The position numbers were made by a program, and so were the translations under genes. Of a DNA stretch of 64,000 nucleotides, positions 54,801 through 60,100 are shown one piece after another. Numbering within the stretch: position 1 is the first letter of the stretch; the number at the start of each line of letters is the position of its first letter. The DNA comes from Anas platyrhynchos (Eukaryota), in the NCBI RefSeq assembly GCF_047663525.1, contig NC_092587.1, positions 188,995,457 to 189,059,456 on the forward strand, in the 5' to 3' direction. The notes beneath the pieces are model-generated. The model was not told the DNA's origin. It searched no databases and saw nothing but the letters and a program-made list of their open reading frames with translations.

Positions 54801-57100
54801 AAGTACTCTGCTCACACACACAAAAATCCCCTACCTCTTCTTCCTGTATTTTAACAAGGAGGTTTTTGCAAGATAGTACGTCATCTGAGGTGGCAATGAT
54901 CTTTTAAGATGCAGCCATATAATTTGGCTTGGGTAGATTAATTTGTATCATATATAAAGGCAAATGTACCACTGCCAAAAGTTTCCCTTATTAAAACCAT
55001 CGTGTTGGTCTGGGCACTGCCTCCCTTTGCACTGCAACACTGCAGGCACCAAATTTCTCAGCATATTCTCTACAGCAGCGTCTGGATATTGCTCAAGTTT
55101 CCAGAAGTTGTCTCCTCAGGAAACAATGAATTCTATTCACACAGCCTAAACACACAGCTTATTAGGAGGGTAATGAAATAGTACTAGTTATCGCAAACAT
55201 CATCCCAACCAATACATCCCTCTTTCACACAGAAACTTGAGAAGCAACTGAATTTGTAGCTCACATGTGGTACAAAACCTCACAAAAATATTTTATATTG
55301 TGCTTGCTTATGAAAGCTATGCAGCTAGGAACAAAGAAAAAAAATCTTGAGAGAAGTAATCTGTAAATAAACCGTGGTGTCGACCAGGAAGCAGAAAGGA
55401 ATGTAAAAATTTGAGGGAACAGCAGATTCACTTCGCTAAGTTTGTCTGCGAAGTGAAGACCCCCCTCACCCCTTCTCTGCTCCCAGCATGACAGCTATTA
55501 AATGACCCCGATCCCACTCCTCTCTTTAGGGTTTGGGTGAAAAACTGTTTACACTCACCCGCTCTGGCAGTTCCTCTTCCTGAACGATCTTCCTGCTTCC
55601 TCAACAGGGCAAAGTGCAACCGGAGCGCTGGGTGGAGGGAGGTAGGAAAGGTTGGGGCATGCACATATCTGCCTGCAAAATGCCCGAAGGTACAGCTACA
55701 GCAATTGTGACCCTGTCAAATAAAGAAACCAAGCAAAGTGCAGCCAACGGAACAGTAAGGAGCAGCAGCTCTCGCTGTGCTTGAAGGAGGAAACTCACTG
55801 TTAAAGTGAAAGTGAGCTTTGAAATACCGTACAGACAGCTGGAAACGTAGCTGGAGCCTGTGCTGTCCCTCCTCAGCAATTCTTCCCTCCTTTCAGTGAA
55901 AAGGACCTTATTCTTCTTCTTTACTGACCACTGAATATCAGCCTCTCTTCTTTCTCCTATCTCCCTGGAGAATCAAGCATCTCATGGAGTTTTAGCAAAG
56001 TGTTTGGCTTTACTCCTTTTGAACTGCAAACTTTCCCAAATTCAAAATCAGAACAGAGAATGATTATATTTAACATGCATGTTGAGAATTAACAGCTCGT
56101 AAACACTTTTATAGCTGATAAGAAAGCTATGCAAAGGAAAACTGCTGACAATTGCTCCTGGTTTAATTCTTACAGTTTTAATTTAGCTTGGTAGAGATCC
56201 CTAAGGCCCTTATGACCTCAGAAGTTGCATGAACTTGTAGTTATGTAGTTATGTAGTTAACTTGTAGTTATCAACCTGCAAGTTAGGGATCGTTGTCAGC
56301 AATGGACTGCGCTCCTAGCATGGAGAGGGAGCCCAACGTAATTTTTTGTCGACCAAAACCAGACCGTGAACAACCCTGAACCCTGTCAGGCCATCAGTGT
56401 GCAGGAATACTGAAAGCAAAGCTTTGCTGTATTTTCATGAGGATGTCAAGGGATTATACACGATGCTGTGCTTTTAAAAGGCACGGGTAGAAATCCTCTT
56501 TCCCAGCTCAGTAGCTCCCCTTGTTAAGGCAGAACCCAGCCGCAGGGCAACCATGCAGGTGATGTGTTTAGAACCACAGAATCATGAAGGTTGGAAGAGA
56601 CCTCCAAGATGGTCCAACCATCCCCCTACCACCACTGTCACCCACTAACCCACGTCCCCAAGCACCACGTCCAACCTCGCCTTGAACACCCCCAGGGACG
56701 GTGACTCCACCACCTCCCTGGGCAACCCGTCCCAGTGCCTGACTGCTCTTTCTGAGCAGAAATGTCTCCTCATTGCCAACCTGAACCTCCCCTGGCGCAG
56801 CTTGAGGCCATTCCCTCTGGTCCTATCACTGGTTATCTCCGAGAAGAGCCCGACCCCATCTCCCCACAACCCCTCTCAGGCACCTGCAGAGAGCAATGAG
56901 CTTCCCCCAAGCCTCCTCTTCCCCAGCGAACCCAGCCCCAGCTCCCTCAGCCGCCACGCGGAGCCCCTCGGGAGCCGTAGTTCGCGCCCCGCGGGGCCGC
57001 CCGCCAGCTGGGCGGGGAGGCCGTGCCTCGGGACTACAACTCCCGGCATGCCCGGCGAGTGGCGCCGGGAGGCTGTGAGATGGCGGCAGGTTTGTAACAA
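6900..57100 (-). CDS. PARP4: PARP4 (vault poly(ADP-ribose) polymerase / VPARP) gene span. CDS from ATG 52042 to stop 7357-7359. 29 coding exons resolved
   Basis: An ordered minus-strand exon chain gives BRCT, PARP catalytic ([17 protein letters not shown]), VIT ([24 protein letters not shown]), VWA with MIDAS ([11 protein letters not shown]) and a C-terminal [14 protein letters not shown]...[16 protein letters not shown] segment. All are collinear with human PARP4. Splice phases are consistent across exons 2-18. Confidence 0.9.
6944..6949 (-). promoter_or_regulatory. PARP4: Candidate PARP4 polyadenylation signal (AATAAA on minus strand = plus-strand tttatt), ~410 nt 3' of the stop. Alternatives at 6689-6694, 6678-6683 and 5954-5959
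   Basis: Hexamer occurrence only. No EST support is available from sequence alone. Confidence 0.25.
7357..7507 (-). CDS. PARP4: PARP4 last coding exon incl. stop TAA at 7359..7357 ([49 protein letters not shown]; MVP-interaction region)
   Basis: Acceptor tttcatttctatacacag|T. Matches human NIPWAFEAIKQASEWVRRTEGQYPSICPRLELGNDWDSATKQLLG. Confidence 0.85.
8758..8804. repeat. AT-rich decamer tandem repeat (ACTAATTATT-like x4-5)
   Basis: attactaattattaactaattattactaattataactattactaatg. Confidence 0.8.
8849..8981 (-). CDS. PARP4: PARP4 penultimate coding exon ([43 protein letters not shown])
   Basis: Acceptor cttctttag|GC (phase 1). Donor TCA AG|gtatgc (phase 2). Matches human [44 protein letters not shown]. 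Confidence 0.8.
11894..11995 (-). CDS. PARP4: Candidate PARP4 exon ([34 protein letters not shown])
   Basis: Acceptor cctcttcag|GAA and donor AAT CAG|gtacag, both phase 0 and compatible with flanking exons. Homology not confirmed from memory. Confidence 0.45.
12517..13179 (-). CDS. PARP4: PARP4 large C-terminal-region exon (221 codons; [29 protein letters not shown]...[15 protein letters not shown]...EFTEGTKVS). Low-complexity Ser/Pro-rich region
   Basis: ORF 12388..13206(-; TTG pseudo-start). Acceptor ttttactaaacag|GCA at 13180-13182. Donor TCG|gtaagt at 12517/12516. CPVFQ motif matches human GSRCPVFAFQSSDTESDE in the large PARP4 exon. Confidence 0.8.
13754..13847. repeat. (AGAATA)n hexanucleotide microsatellite, ~15 units (expanded CR1 3' tail repeat)
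   Basis: Perfect tandem aatagaatagaat... read directly from the sequence. Confidence 0.95.
13848..14440 (-). mobile_element. CR1 LINE fragment (ORF2 C-terminal RT region + 3' end), tail microsatellite expanded
   Basis: ORF 13919..14425(-) ...[60 protein letters not shown] is the canonical CR1 ORF2 C-terminus. GGAAGGGACC end abuts the (AGAATA)n repeat. Confidence 0.85.
16367..16506 (-). CDS. PARP4: Probable PARP4 exon (…[46 protein letters not shown]), boundaries approximate
   Basis: ORF 16325..16531(-). Similar to human SKENSLITQFTSFVAVEKRD. Candidate acceptor ccttacaatcag|AC and donor AAG|gtcatt. Alternative donor at 16342. Confidence 0.35.
19190..19340 (-). CDS. PARP4: Probable PARP4 exon within ORF 19189..19434(-), boundaries unresolved (candidate phase-0 acceptor cacacctcccatcttcag|GCT)
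   Basis: The reading frame stays open and shows weak similarity to the human MIHKLAARALIRDYEDG...KKQTLKSLIIKLSKE region. Exact donor not determinable by eye. Confidence 0.3.
19466..19546 (-). CDS. PARP4: PARP4 exon 27 ([27 protein letters not shown])
   Basis: Acceptor ccttttag|GCC. Donor GGA ACA|gtgagt. Matches human [27 protein letters not shown]. Confidence 0.75.
19958..20128 (-). CDS. PARP4: PARP4 exon 26 ([57 protein letters not shown])
   Basis: ORF 19910..20149(-). Acceptor ctttacacag|ATA. Donor ACT CAG|gtaaag. Matches human IEDQMTRLCSPSCHSVSVKWQQLNPDVPEALQAPAQVPSLFLNDRLLVYGFIPHCTQ. Confidence 0.85.
20203..20270. repeat. (AAT)n microsatellite followed by A-rich/(CAA)n low-complexity tract
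   Basis: caataataataataataataaaaaacaaacaacaacaaaaaaaaaaaacaaaacc. Confidence 0.9.
21283..21382 (-). CDS. PARP4: PARP4 exon 25 ([33 protein letters not shown])
   Basis: Acceptor tgttgttag|T (phase 2, joins ...GVG|G SAANRH). Donor ACA AAG|gtacgc. Matches human STANRHVLRILSQCGAGVFEYFNAKSKHSWRK. Confidence 0.75.
22245..22348 (+). mobile_element. CR1 LINE 3'-end fragment
   Basis: gatctagtggaaggtgtccctgcccatggcagg...tcccttccaacctaaaccaatctatgattctgtgatt matches the CR1 3' terminal consensus and ATTCTRTG tail. Confidence 0.6.
23965..24152 (-). CDS. PARP4: PARP4 exon 24 ([63 protein letters not shown])
   Basis: Acceptor cttttcag|TCA. Donor GTT GG|gtaagtac. Matches human [63 protein letters not shown]. 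The intervening exon 23 was not found. Confidence 0.8.
24640..24885 (+). mobile_element. CR1 LINE 3'-end fragment
   Basis: ...ccatccttggagatgttcaaggacaggttggatgggaccctgtgcaacatcatccagtgggtggcatccctgcc...gatctttaaggtcatttctaactcaagccattctatgatttgatgattctg. Confidence 0.7.
25080..25280 (+). mobile_element. CR1 LINE 3'-end fragment
   Basis: ...tggatgtggtcctgggcagcctgctctgtgtccctgcttgagcaggggttaggaccaggtgacctccggaggtcccttcaaacctcagccatcctgtgattctgtgatt. Confidence 0.65.
25932..26127 (-). CDS. PARP4: PARP4 exon 22 (VWA domain with MIDAS DxSxS: [65 protein letters not shown])
   Basis: ORF 25909..26121(-). Acceptor tctgtctctgtag|GCT. Donor ACA A|gtgagt. Matches human [10 protein letters not shown]...[29 protein letters not shown]. 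Confidence 0.9.
27873..28010 (-). CDS. PARP4: PARP4 exon 21 ([46 protein letters not shown])
   Basis: ORF 27786..27980(-). Acceptor ccccttccag|AAA. Donor AGT GAG|gtatgg. Matches human [46 protein letters not shown]. Confidence 0.85.
28450..28531 (-). CDS. PARP4: PARP4 exon 20 ([27 protein letters not shown])
   Basis: Acceptor tgtttttag|T (phase 2). Donor ATA AAG|gtaaac. Matches human QSFSLTMSIEMPYVIEFIFSDTHELKQK. The preceding exon 19, expected between 28.6 and 31.1 kb, was not found. Confidence 0.75.
31119..31283 (-). CDS. PARP4: PARP4 exon 18 ([55 protein letters not shown])
   Basis: Acceptor tttttag|GAT. Donor ACG CAG|gtttgt. Matches human [55 protein letters not shown]. Confidence 0.85.
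31791..31877 (-). CDS. PARP4: PARP4 exon 17 ([29 protein letters not shown])
   Basis: Acceptor tttcatag|GTT. Donor CCG|gtacgt. Matches human EIKEKEEAQQEYLEAVTQGHGAYLMSQDAP. Confidence 0.85.
32118..32249 (-). CDS. PARP4: PARP4 exon 16 (VIT domain: [44 protein letters not shown])
   Basis: ORF 32085..32285(-). Acceptor catttcag|GTG. Donor GGA AAG|gtaaga. Near-identical to human [44 protein letters not shown]. Confidence 0.9.
33421..33468. repeat. 24-bp tandem duplication (ttggctaacttttattagctaatt / ttggctaacctttaatagctaatt)
   Basis: Read directly. Two units, 22/24 identical. Confidence 0.85.
33947..34071 (-). CDS. PARP4: PARP4 exon 15 ([42 protein letters not shown])
   Basis: Acceptor ttgtttag|GC (phase 1). 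Donor GCA CAG|gtaaag. Matches human AKTSSSTKAGLQDASGNLVPLEDVHIKGRIIDTVAQ. Confidence 0.8.
34601..34763 (-). CDS. PARP4: PARP4 exon 14 (catalytic domain end: [54 protein letters not shown]; catalytic Glu in DEF)
   Basis: ORF 34527..34775(-). Acceptor ctcttccag|GAT. Donor GAA A|gtaaga. Matches human [30 protein letters not shown]. Confidence 0.85.
35506..35689 (-). CDS. PARP4: PARP4 exon 13 ([61 protein letters not shown])
   Basis: Acceptor tttgcatatag|T. Donor TTC GAG|gtactg. Matches human STSIKYSHPGETDGTRLLLICDVALGKCMDLHEKDFSLTEAPPGYDSVHGVSQTASVTTDFE. Confidence 0.85.
35905..36003 (-). CDS. PARP4: PARP4 exon 12 ([33 protein letters not shown]; PARP signature G-x-G-I-Y-F)
   Basis: Acceptor tttttccctccag|A. 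Donor GTC AG|gtgtgg. Matches human [32 protein letters not shown]. Confidence 0.9.
36804..36941 (-). CDS. PARP4: PARP4 exon 11 (catalytic domain start: [45 protein letters not shown]). Contains an H-A-S variant of the H-G-S motif
   Basis: Acceptor ttcttgcag|T. Donor TCC AG|gtaaaa. Matches human SPVDVLQIFRVGRVNETTEFLSKLGNVRPLLHGSPVQNIVGILCRG. Confidence 0.85.
38790..39095 (+). mobile_element. CR1 LINE 3'-end fragment (ORF2 C-terminus + tail)
   Basis: ...gggtggttaggcattggaacgggctgaccagggaggtgacagagtcaccatccctggaggtatttcag...ttccaacctaaacaattctatgattctatat. Encodes the ...[20 protein letters not shown]1 motif. Confidence 0.75.
39838..39998 (-). CDS. PARP4: PARP4 exon 10 ([53 protein letters not shown])
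   Basis: Acceptor ttattttgtag|CTC. Donor TAC AA|gtgagtg. Matches human LIRDMVNVCETNLSKPNPPSLAKYRALRCKIEHVEQNTEEF. Confidence 0.85.
40429..40447. repeat. poly(A) tract (~19 nt). Similar homopolymers: T17 at 4350-4366, T19 at 4710-4728, A16 at 13695-13710, G11 at 53483-53493
   Basis: Homopolymer runs read directly. Some likely mark decayed retroelement tails. Confidence 0.9.
41936..42109 (-). CDS. PARP4: PARP4 exon 9 ([58 protein letters not shown]; PARP regulatory helical region)
   Basis: ORF 41918..42109(-). Acceptor tctcttaaag|GTG. Donor TGT CAG|gtaact. Matches human [38 protein letters not shown]...LCQ. Confidence 0.9.
44006..44143 (-). CDS. PARP4: PARP4 exon 8 ([46 protein letters not shown])
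   Basis: Acceptor ttttactacag|TTA. Donor AAT GAT|gtaagtt. Matches human [46 protein letters not shown]. Confidence 0.85.
45411..45560 (-). CDS. PARP4: PARP4 exon 7 ([50 protein letters not shown]). The 3' boundary implies a GC donor
   Basis: Acceptor tcaatttacag|GAT. Matches human QFAIKKTSEDASEYFENYIEELKKQGFLLREHFTPEATQLASEQLQ. Phase 0 is required by the next exon, so the boundary falls at AAG|gcttgt (GC-AG intron). Confidence 0.7.
46307..46420 (-). CDS. PARP4: PARP4 exon 6 ([38 protein letters not shown])
   Basis: Acceptor ctccattcag|ATT. Donor ACC AAG|gtatgag. Matches human QEAVVVELQCSRDSRDCPFLISSHFLLDDGMETRR. Confidence 0.85.
46981..47059 (-). CDS. PARP4: PARP4 exon 5 ([26 protein letters not shown])
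   Basis: Acceptor ttctattctag|A. Donor GAA AAA|gtaagcc. Matches human [14 protein letters not shown]. Confidence 0.8.
48142..48265 (-). CDS. PARP4: PARP4 exon 4 (linker: [40 protein letters not shown])
   Basis: Acceptor ttgattgcag|GT. Donor CTC AG|gtaaaatg. Phases 1->2 link exons 3 and 5. Low-conservation linker, weaker homology. Confidence 0.7.
48350..49100 (-). mobile_element. CR1 LINE fragment (ORF2 [20 protein letters not shown] region)
   Basis: ORF 48671..48943(-) [28 protein letters not shown]...[36 protein letters not shown] = CR1 RT motifs ([13 protein letters not shown]; [19 protein letters not shown]). Confidence 0.8.
49228..49390 (-). CDS. PARP4: PARP4 exon 3 (BRCT domain: [54 protein letters not shown])
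   Basis: Acceptor tgtctttcag|TGTACA. Donor CAA G|gtgaca (phase 1, consistent with next exon). Matches human QCTHIILDNADVLS...IANPDFIWKSIREKRLL. Confidence 0.8.
49870..50575 (+). mobile_element. CR1 LINE fragment (ORF2 RT region to near 3' end). Inverted relative to the CR1 at 48350-49100
   Basis: ORF 49875..50075(+) ...[51 protein letters not shown] = CR1 ORF2. Downstream ...EHWA..NKMKFNK..CKVLHLGRNN-like coding remnants. Confidence 0.8.
51917..52049 (-). CDS. PARP4: PARP4 exon 2 (first coding exon; CDS 51917-52042; [42 protein letters not shown])
   Basis: Acceptor cttaacag|AAGGGCAATG. ATG at 52042..52040. Donor CGC AAG|gtaagt at 51917/51916. Homologous to human MVMGIFANCIFCLKVKYLPQQQKKKLQTDIKENGGKFSFSLNP. 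Confidence 0.85.
54190..54375 (+). mobile_element. LTR-like interspersed repeat fragment (avian ERV-LTR-type family, ...taaccctggtaagcagctaagc...ggttgagataaagccagttta...)
   Basis: Shares two sequence blocks with the element at 62590-62880. Family assignment is from memory of avian LTRs, not a database hit. Confidence 0.4.
56575..56885 (-). mobile_element. CR1 LINE 3'-end fragment abutting the PARP4/CENPJ CpG island
   Basis: Plus strand ccacagaatcatgaaggttggaagagacct... is the reverse complement of the CR1 tail. ORF 56645..56869(-) ...[60 protein letters not shown] = CR1 ORF2 C-terminus. Confidence 0.75.
56884..57030 (-). other. PARP4: Candidate PARP4 non-coding exon 1 / TSS region inside the CpG island (possible donor CTGCAG|gtgcct at 56884/56883)
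   Basis: The first coding exon begins with an acceptor at 52049, so a 5'UTR exon must lie upstream. The only CpG island upstream is here. Exact ends are not determinable. Confidence 0.2.
57033..57057 (+). promoter_or_regulatory. ZNF143/Staf-binding-site (SBS)-like motif with ACTACA extension: ACTACAACTCCCGGCATGCCCGGCG
   Basis: Matches the ACTACAN + TTCCCAGAATGCATTGCG-type consensus (TCCC..CATGC...GCG). This motif class is typical of bidirectional CpG-island promoters. Confidence 0.55.
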
Positions 57101-57199
57101 GGCGGAGGGGGCAGCGCCGGGGGGAGCTGGCGCCGTGCGGGTGCCTGAGGGGTGGGCGCAGCGGCCGCTGTGAGGGCGACGGGGGCAGCGGGGCGCTGG

Positions 57200-60100
57200 G
57201 CGTGTGGGGAGGTTCAGCGAGGGTTGAACAAGGGTCGCTGTGATCTGATCCCTCGGGAATGAGGAAAGTTTAAAAAGTTGTTCCCTGACCCGCAGGGCTG
57301 TTGGGGACTCGGGCTCCTGCGGTCGCGTCCTTTGTTCTGTAGCCCTACCTCTGTGCTCCCTGCGGCACGACACACGACAAACGACACACGACACAGCGAC
57401 ACGACATACCGTGTGTGGAGGTGAAGAGTTAATCGCCCTGGGACTCGTTAGAGGTAAGCAGAGCCGAGTGATAATGATAAAAGATGATGGGAAGGGGAGG
57501 GAGAAGCTCACAGGCAGCAAGGGCACAGAATTTCCATGAGAATGATGCAAAGTGTGCATCGAAATACACACAGAAACAGGATCGTATTTATATGGACATA
57601 ATTACAACACTGCTTTCACACGAGGATCCTATAATGGGTGTCTCTCACCTTATCAAATCCCTTCCCTCTTCTTCTGTTGCAGACACTTGTAAATTCAGAA
57701 CCCGTCTCTGTACTACTGAACAGGATACCATACACAGCTCTGTAATATTTGAGGCATTACTTTTTTTGAGTGCAGTTACTATTAAGATTAAATATTGGAT
57801 TGTGCTGGTTTCCTTCACAGGAATTTCATTAGCAATTGTCTGAGTTGTTTCTATTGCCTAGGGAAAAGTAGACGGTGACTGTTTTTTAACTTTAGTTATA
57901 AGAGAGTAACTTCCTGTTACTGTAGATTTCTCATTTTGTATATCTGCTTCATTTCTAGGTGCTAAAAATAAGTAATCATCCACGCCAGGTTCCTATGGCT
58001 TTGAAAATTTTGCTGTCCTAACACTCCAAGATATAATAGTGTTATGTTGTCGCTGTATCAGCAAGTAGATGTGAATACCATTTACAAGATGCCAGCTGTT
58101 GAAGATCTGAGTAGTGAACGAAACTTCCTTGCACATTGCATGTTTGATAGTTCTCGTGCCGGAGTCTTCTTGGATCCTACTTTCGCTGGTTTGAAAATCA
58201 ACACAGACAATTTATTATCTGGACATGAAAACATCCCGGCTTTCCCTGCTGAAGGGTTGCATCTTTCAGAGAGCCGTTCTGTAAGTGATGACTCCTTGTG
58301 TGAAGAACAGATGCTGGAGCCTGGCAGCTCTTGTACACTTCAGCAGGATACCGCTGAAACATCTCTTCCAGCAGCAGCATATAACGTAGAAAGCTCTAAA
58401 ACAGACTTTGTCCGTGGTGAAGTGGATGGTCGGAATAAATCCGATTGTTGTGATCCTCTCTTACAGAAGCTTGAACAGGTAACAAAAAGCTCTAGAATTC
58501 TTTGACATACATAAATTAGGATTTATGTTGGTCCTATATATGATTCTTCATACCTGAAATTATGCAAAATCTTTTCCATGTATGGAACACAGTAGGCTTA
58601 AAGAGCAAGCCCTTGGTCAGTTATGCATGCATAAAGGTTGGTGTCCTCCTCACAACGTGCAGTTTAACTGGTTTTTACTGGCACAGGTTCCAGTTCAAAA
58701 TGAATTGTATTTAGTGCCAGCATACTTGTTCTCAAATTTTTTTTTTTTAACCTGGAAAGATGCACATAGTTTTACAGAATTCCATTATTTCTTCACTTAA
58801 AGCTGTGCAATGGGGTGCTGGTCATTACAGTGGGAGTGCTTCAGTGCAGAAATTCACAACACAGTGAAGTTGTGTGTTCTTGTAGCTATAGCAACATCTG
58901 CCGTTAGTTCTCATTGTATGTGTGTCTGCACCCTTATACCTGGTTCTGTTTAGTTGAAGAGAGAAGTTGGTGTTGAATATAGACATGTCCGAGACAATAG
59001 GACAAAAAGGCCTGGAATTACAACCCTGTGATGTTACTTTTTTTTTCTTTCCAAAGCAAGCCTGCCAGCTGATCCGCTGTGACTGGCAATACATTTGCTT
59101 ATAGCTCTCCCCAGTAAGCAGATATAAATTACGTTAGCTGAAGGTATTAAGGCGCACTTTAATAGGTCTTGCTGTTTAGGATGAAGAACTCAATTCCTTG
59201 TCCACCCTTCTAGAAGTTGCCTCATTGCAAATCTTTGTTTGTGCAAGTGAAAGTGTGGGGGGCAAAGAGTGAACCTCTAGAGTATAATTCCACAGCTAAG
59301 CTTATAAAAGGTATTTCATCCCTGTTCTATATGTAAGAAAAATATTCATTCACTGTTTTCGTTATGTCAGTAGCATCCAGCAGTGGCTAACTAACACACA
59401 TTATCTGATTAAGGGTATCTTAAGGGGAATTGTTAAGTCTCCTGTCTTGGAAAGTCATTGACAATCTAATATATGTTATGTATATTTTTAAAATAATTGT
59501 TAACTTACATCTAATATTGATTTCCAAGATCTCAGATAGACTGAAGGTTACTGATACATACATATAAAGAATACTGATATATATACATTTCTAAAGCTCT
59601 CTTGATTTTGAGGTATTTCACGTTTTAATAAAACCACCATGTCCAAGTTATGTTAAAAGAGCAGAATTCAAATGTTTTTCTAATACTATAAAAATGATTG
59701 TTCTAATTCCTTTTGTTTGCAGGTTGGTCAATTAAAAATGAATGGATTTGTTGACTGTGCAAACTGAAAATAGTATGTGCAATCTGTAGATAGAACTGAA
59801 AATTGTGTTCATCAAAGCACTTTGTATTCTTAATTTCCATCATGTTGCACTTAGCTAATGGAACATCATTAAAACAAGAAATACCTGTTGTCGTGACGAT
59901 TCTAATGTTGTGGTGCGTTCTAGGTATATTTGTCTTAAGTACAATAATGTAAATAAATGTCCTCCAGTACATTTTTTTTGTTTGTTTGAAAAGCTGAAGG
60001 AATTGCAACAACAGAAGCAGGAACAGCTAAAGAAACAACAGATGGAGCAACTTCAAAGGCTTGTGGAAGAACAGCAGAAGCTACTTAGCATGGTGTCTGA

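Larger units (their letters stand above)
56880..57460. promoter_or_regulatory. CpG island / bidirectional promoter shared by PARP4 (minus) and CENPJ (plus)
   Basis: High G+C and CpG density. Divergent gene models begin on either side. GC-rich artefact ORFs on both strands. Confidence 0.8.

Noticed and set aside
56682-57571. ORFs 56682..57173 (+, 163 aa) and 56876..57571 (-, 231 aa) in the PARP4/CENPJ CpG island
   Set aside because: GC-rich artefacts with no homology. They overlap a CR1 fragment and promoter sequence. Real coding exons of both genes begin elsewhere.
57484-57843. ORF 57484..57843 (+, 119 aa) immediately downstream of CENPJ exon 1
   Set aside because: Lies in intron 1 (after the GTAAGC donor at 57454). 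No homology. The conserved CENPJ ATG is at 58089.
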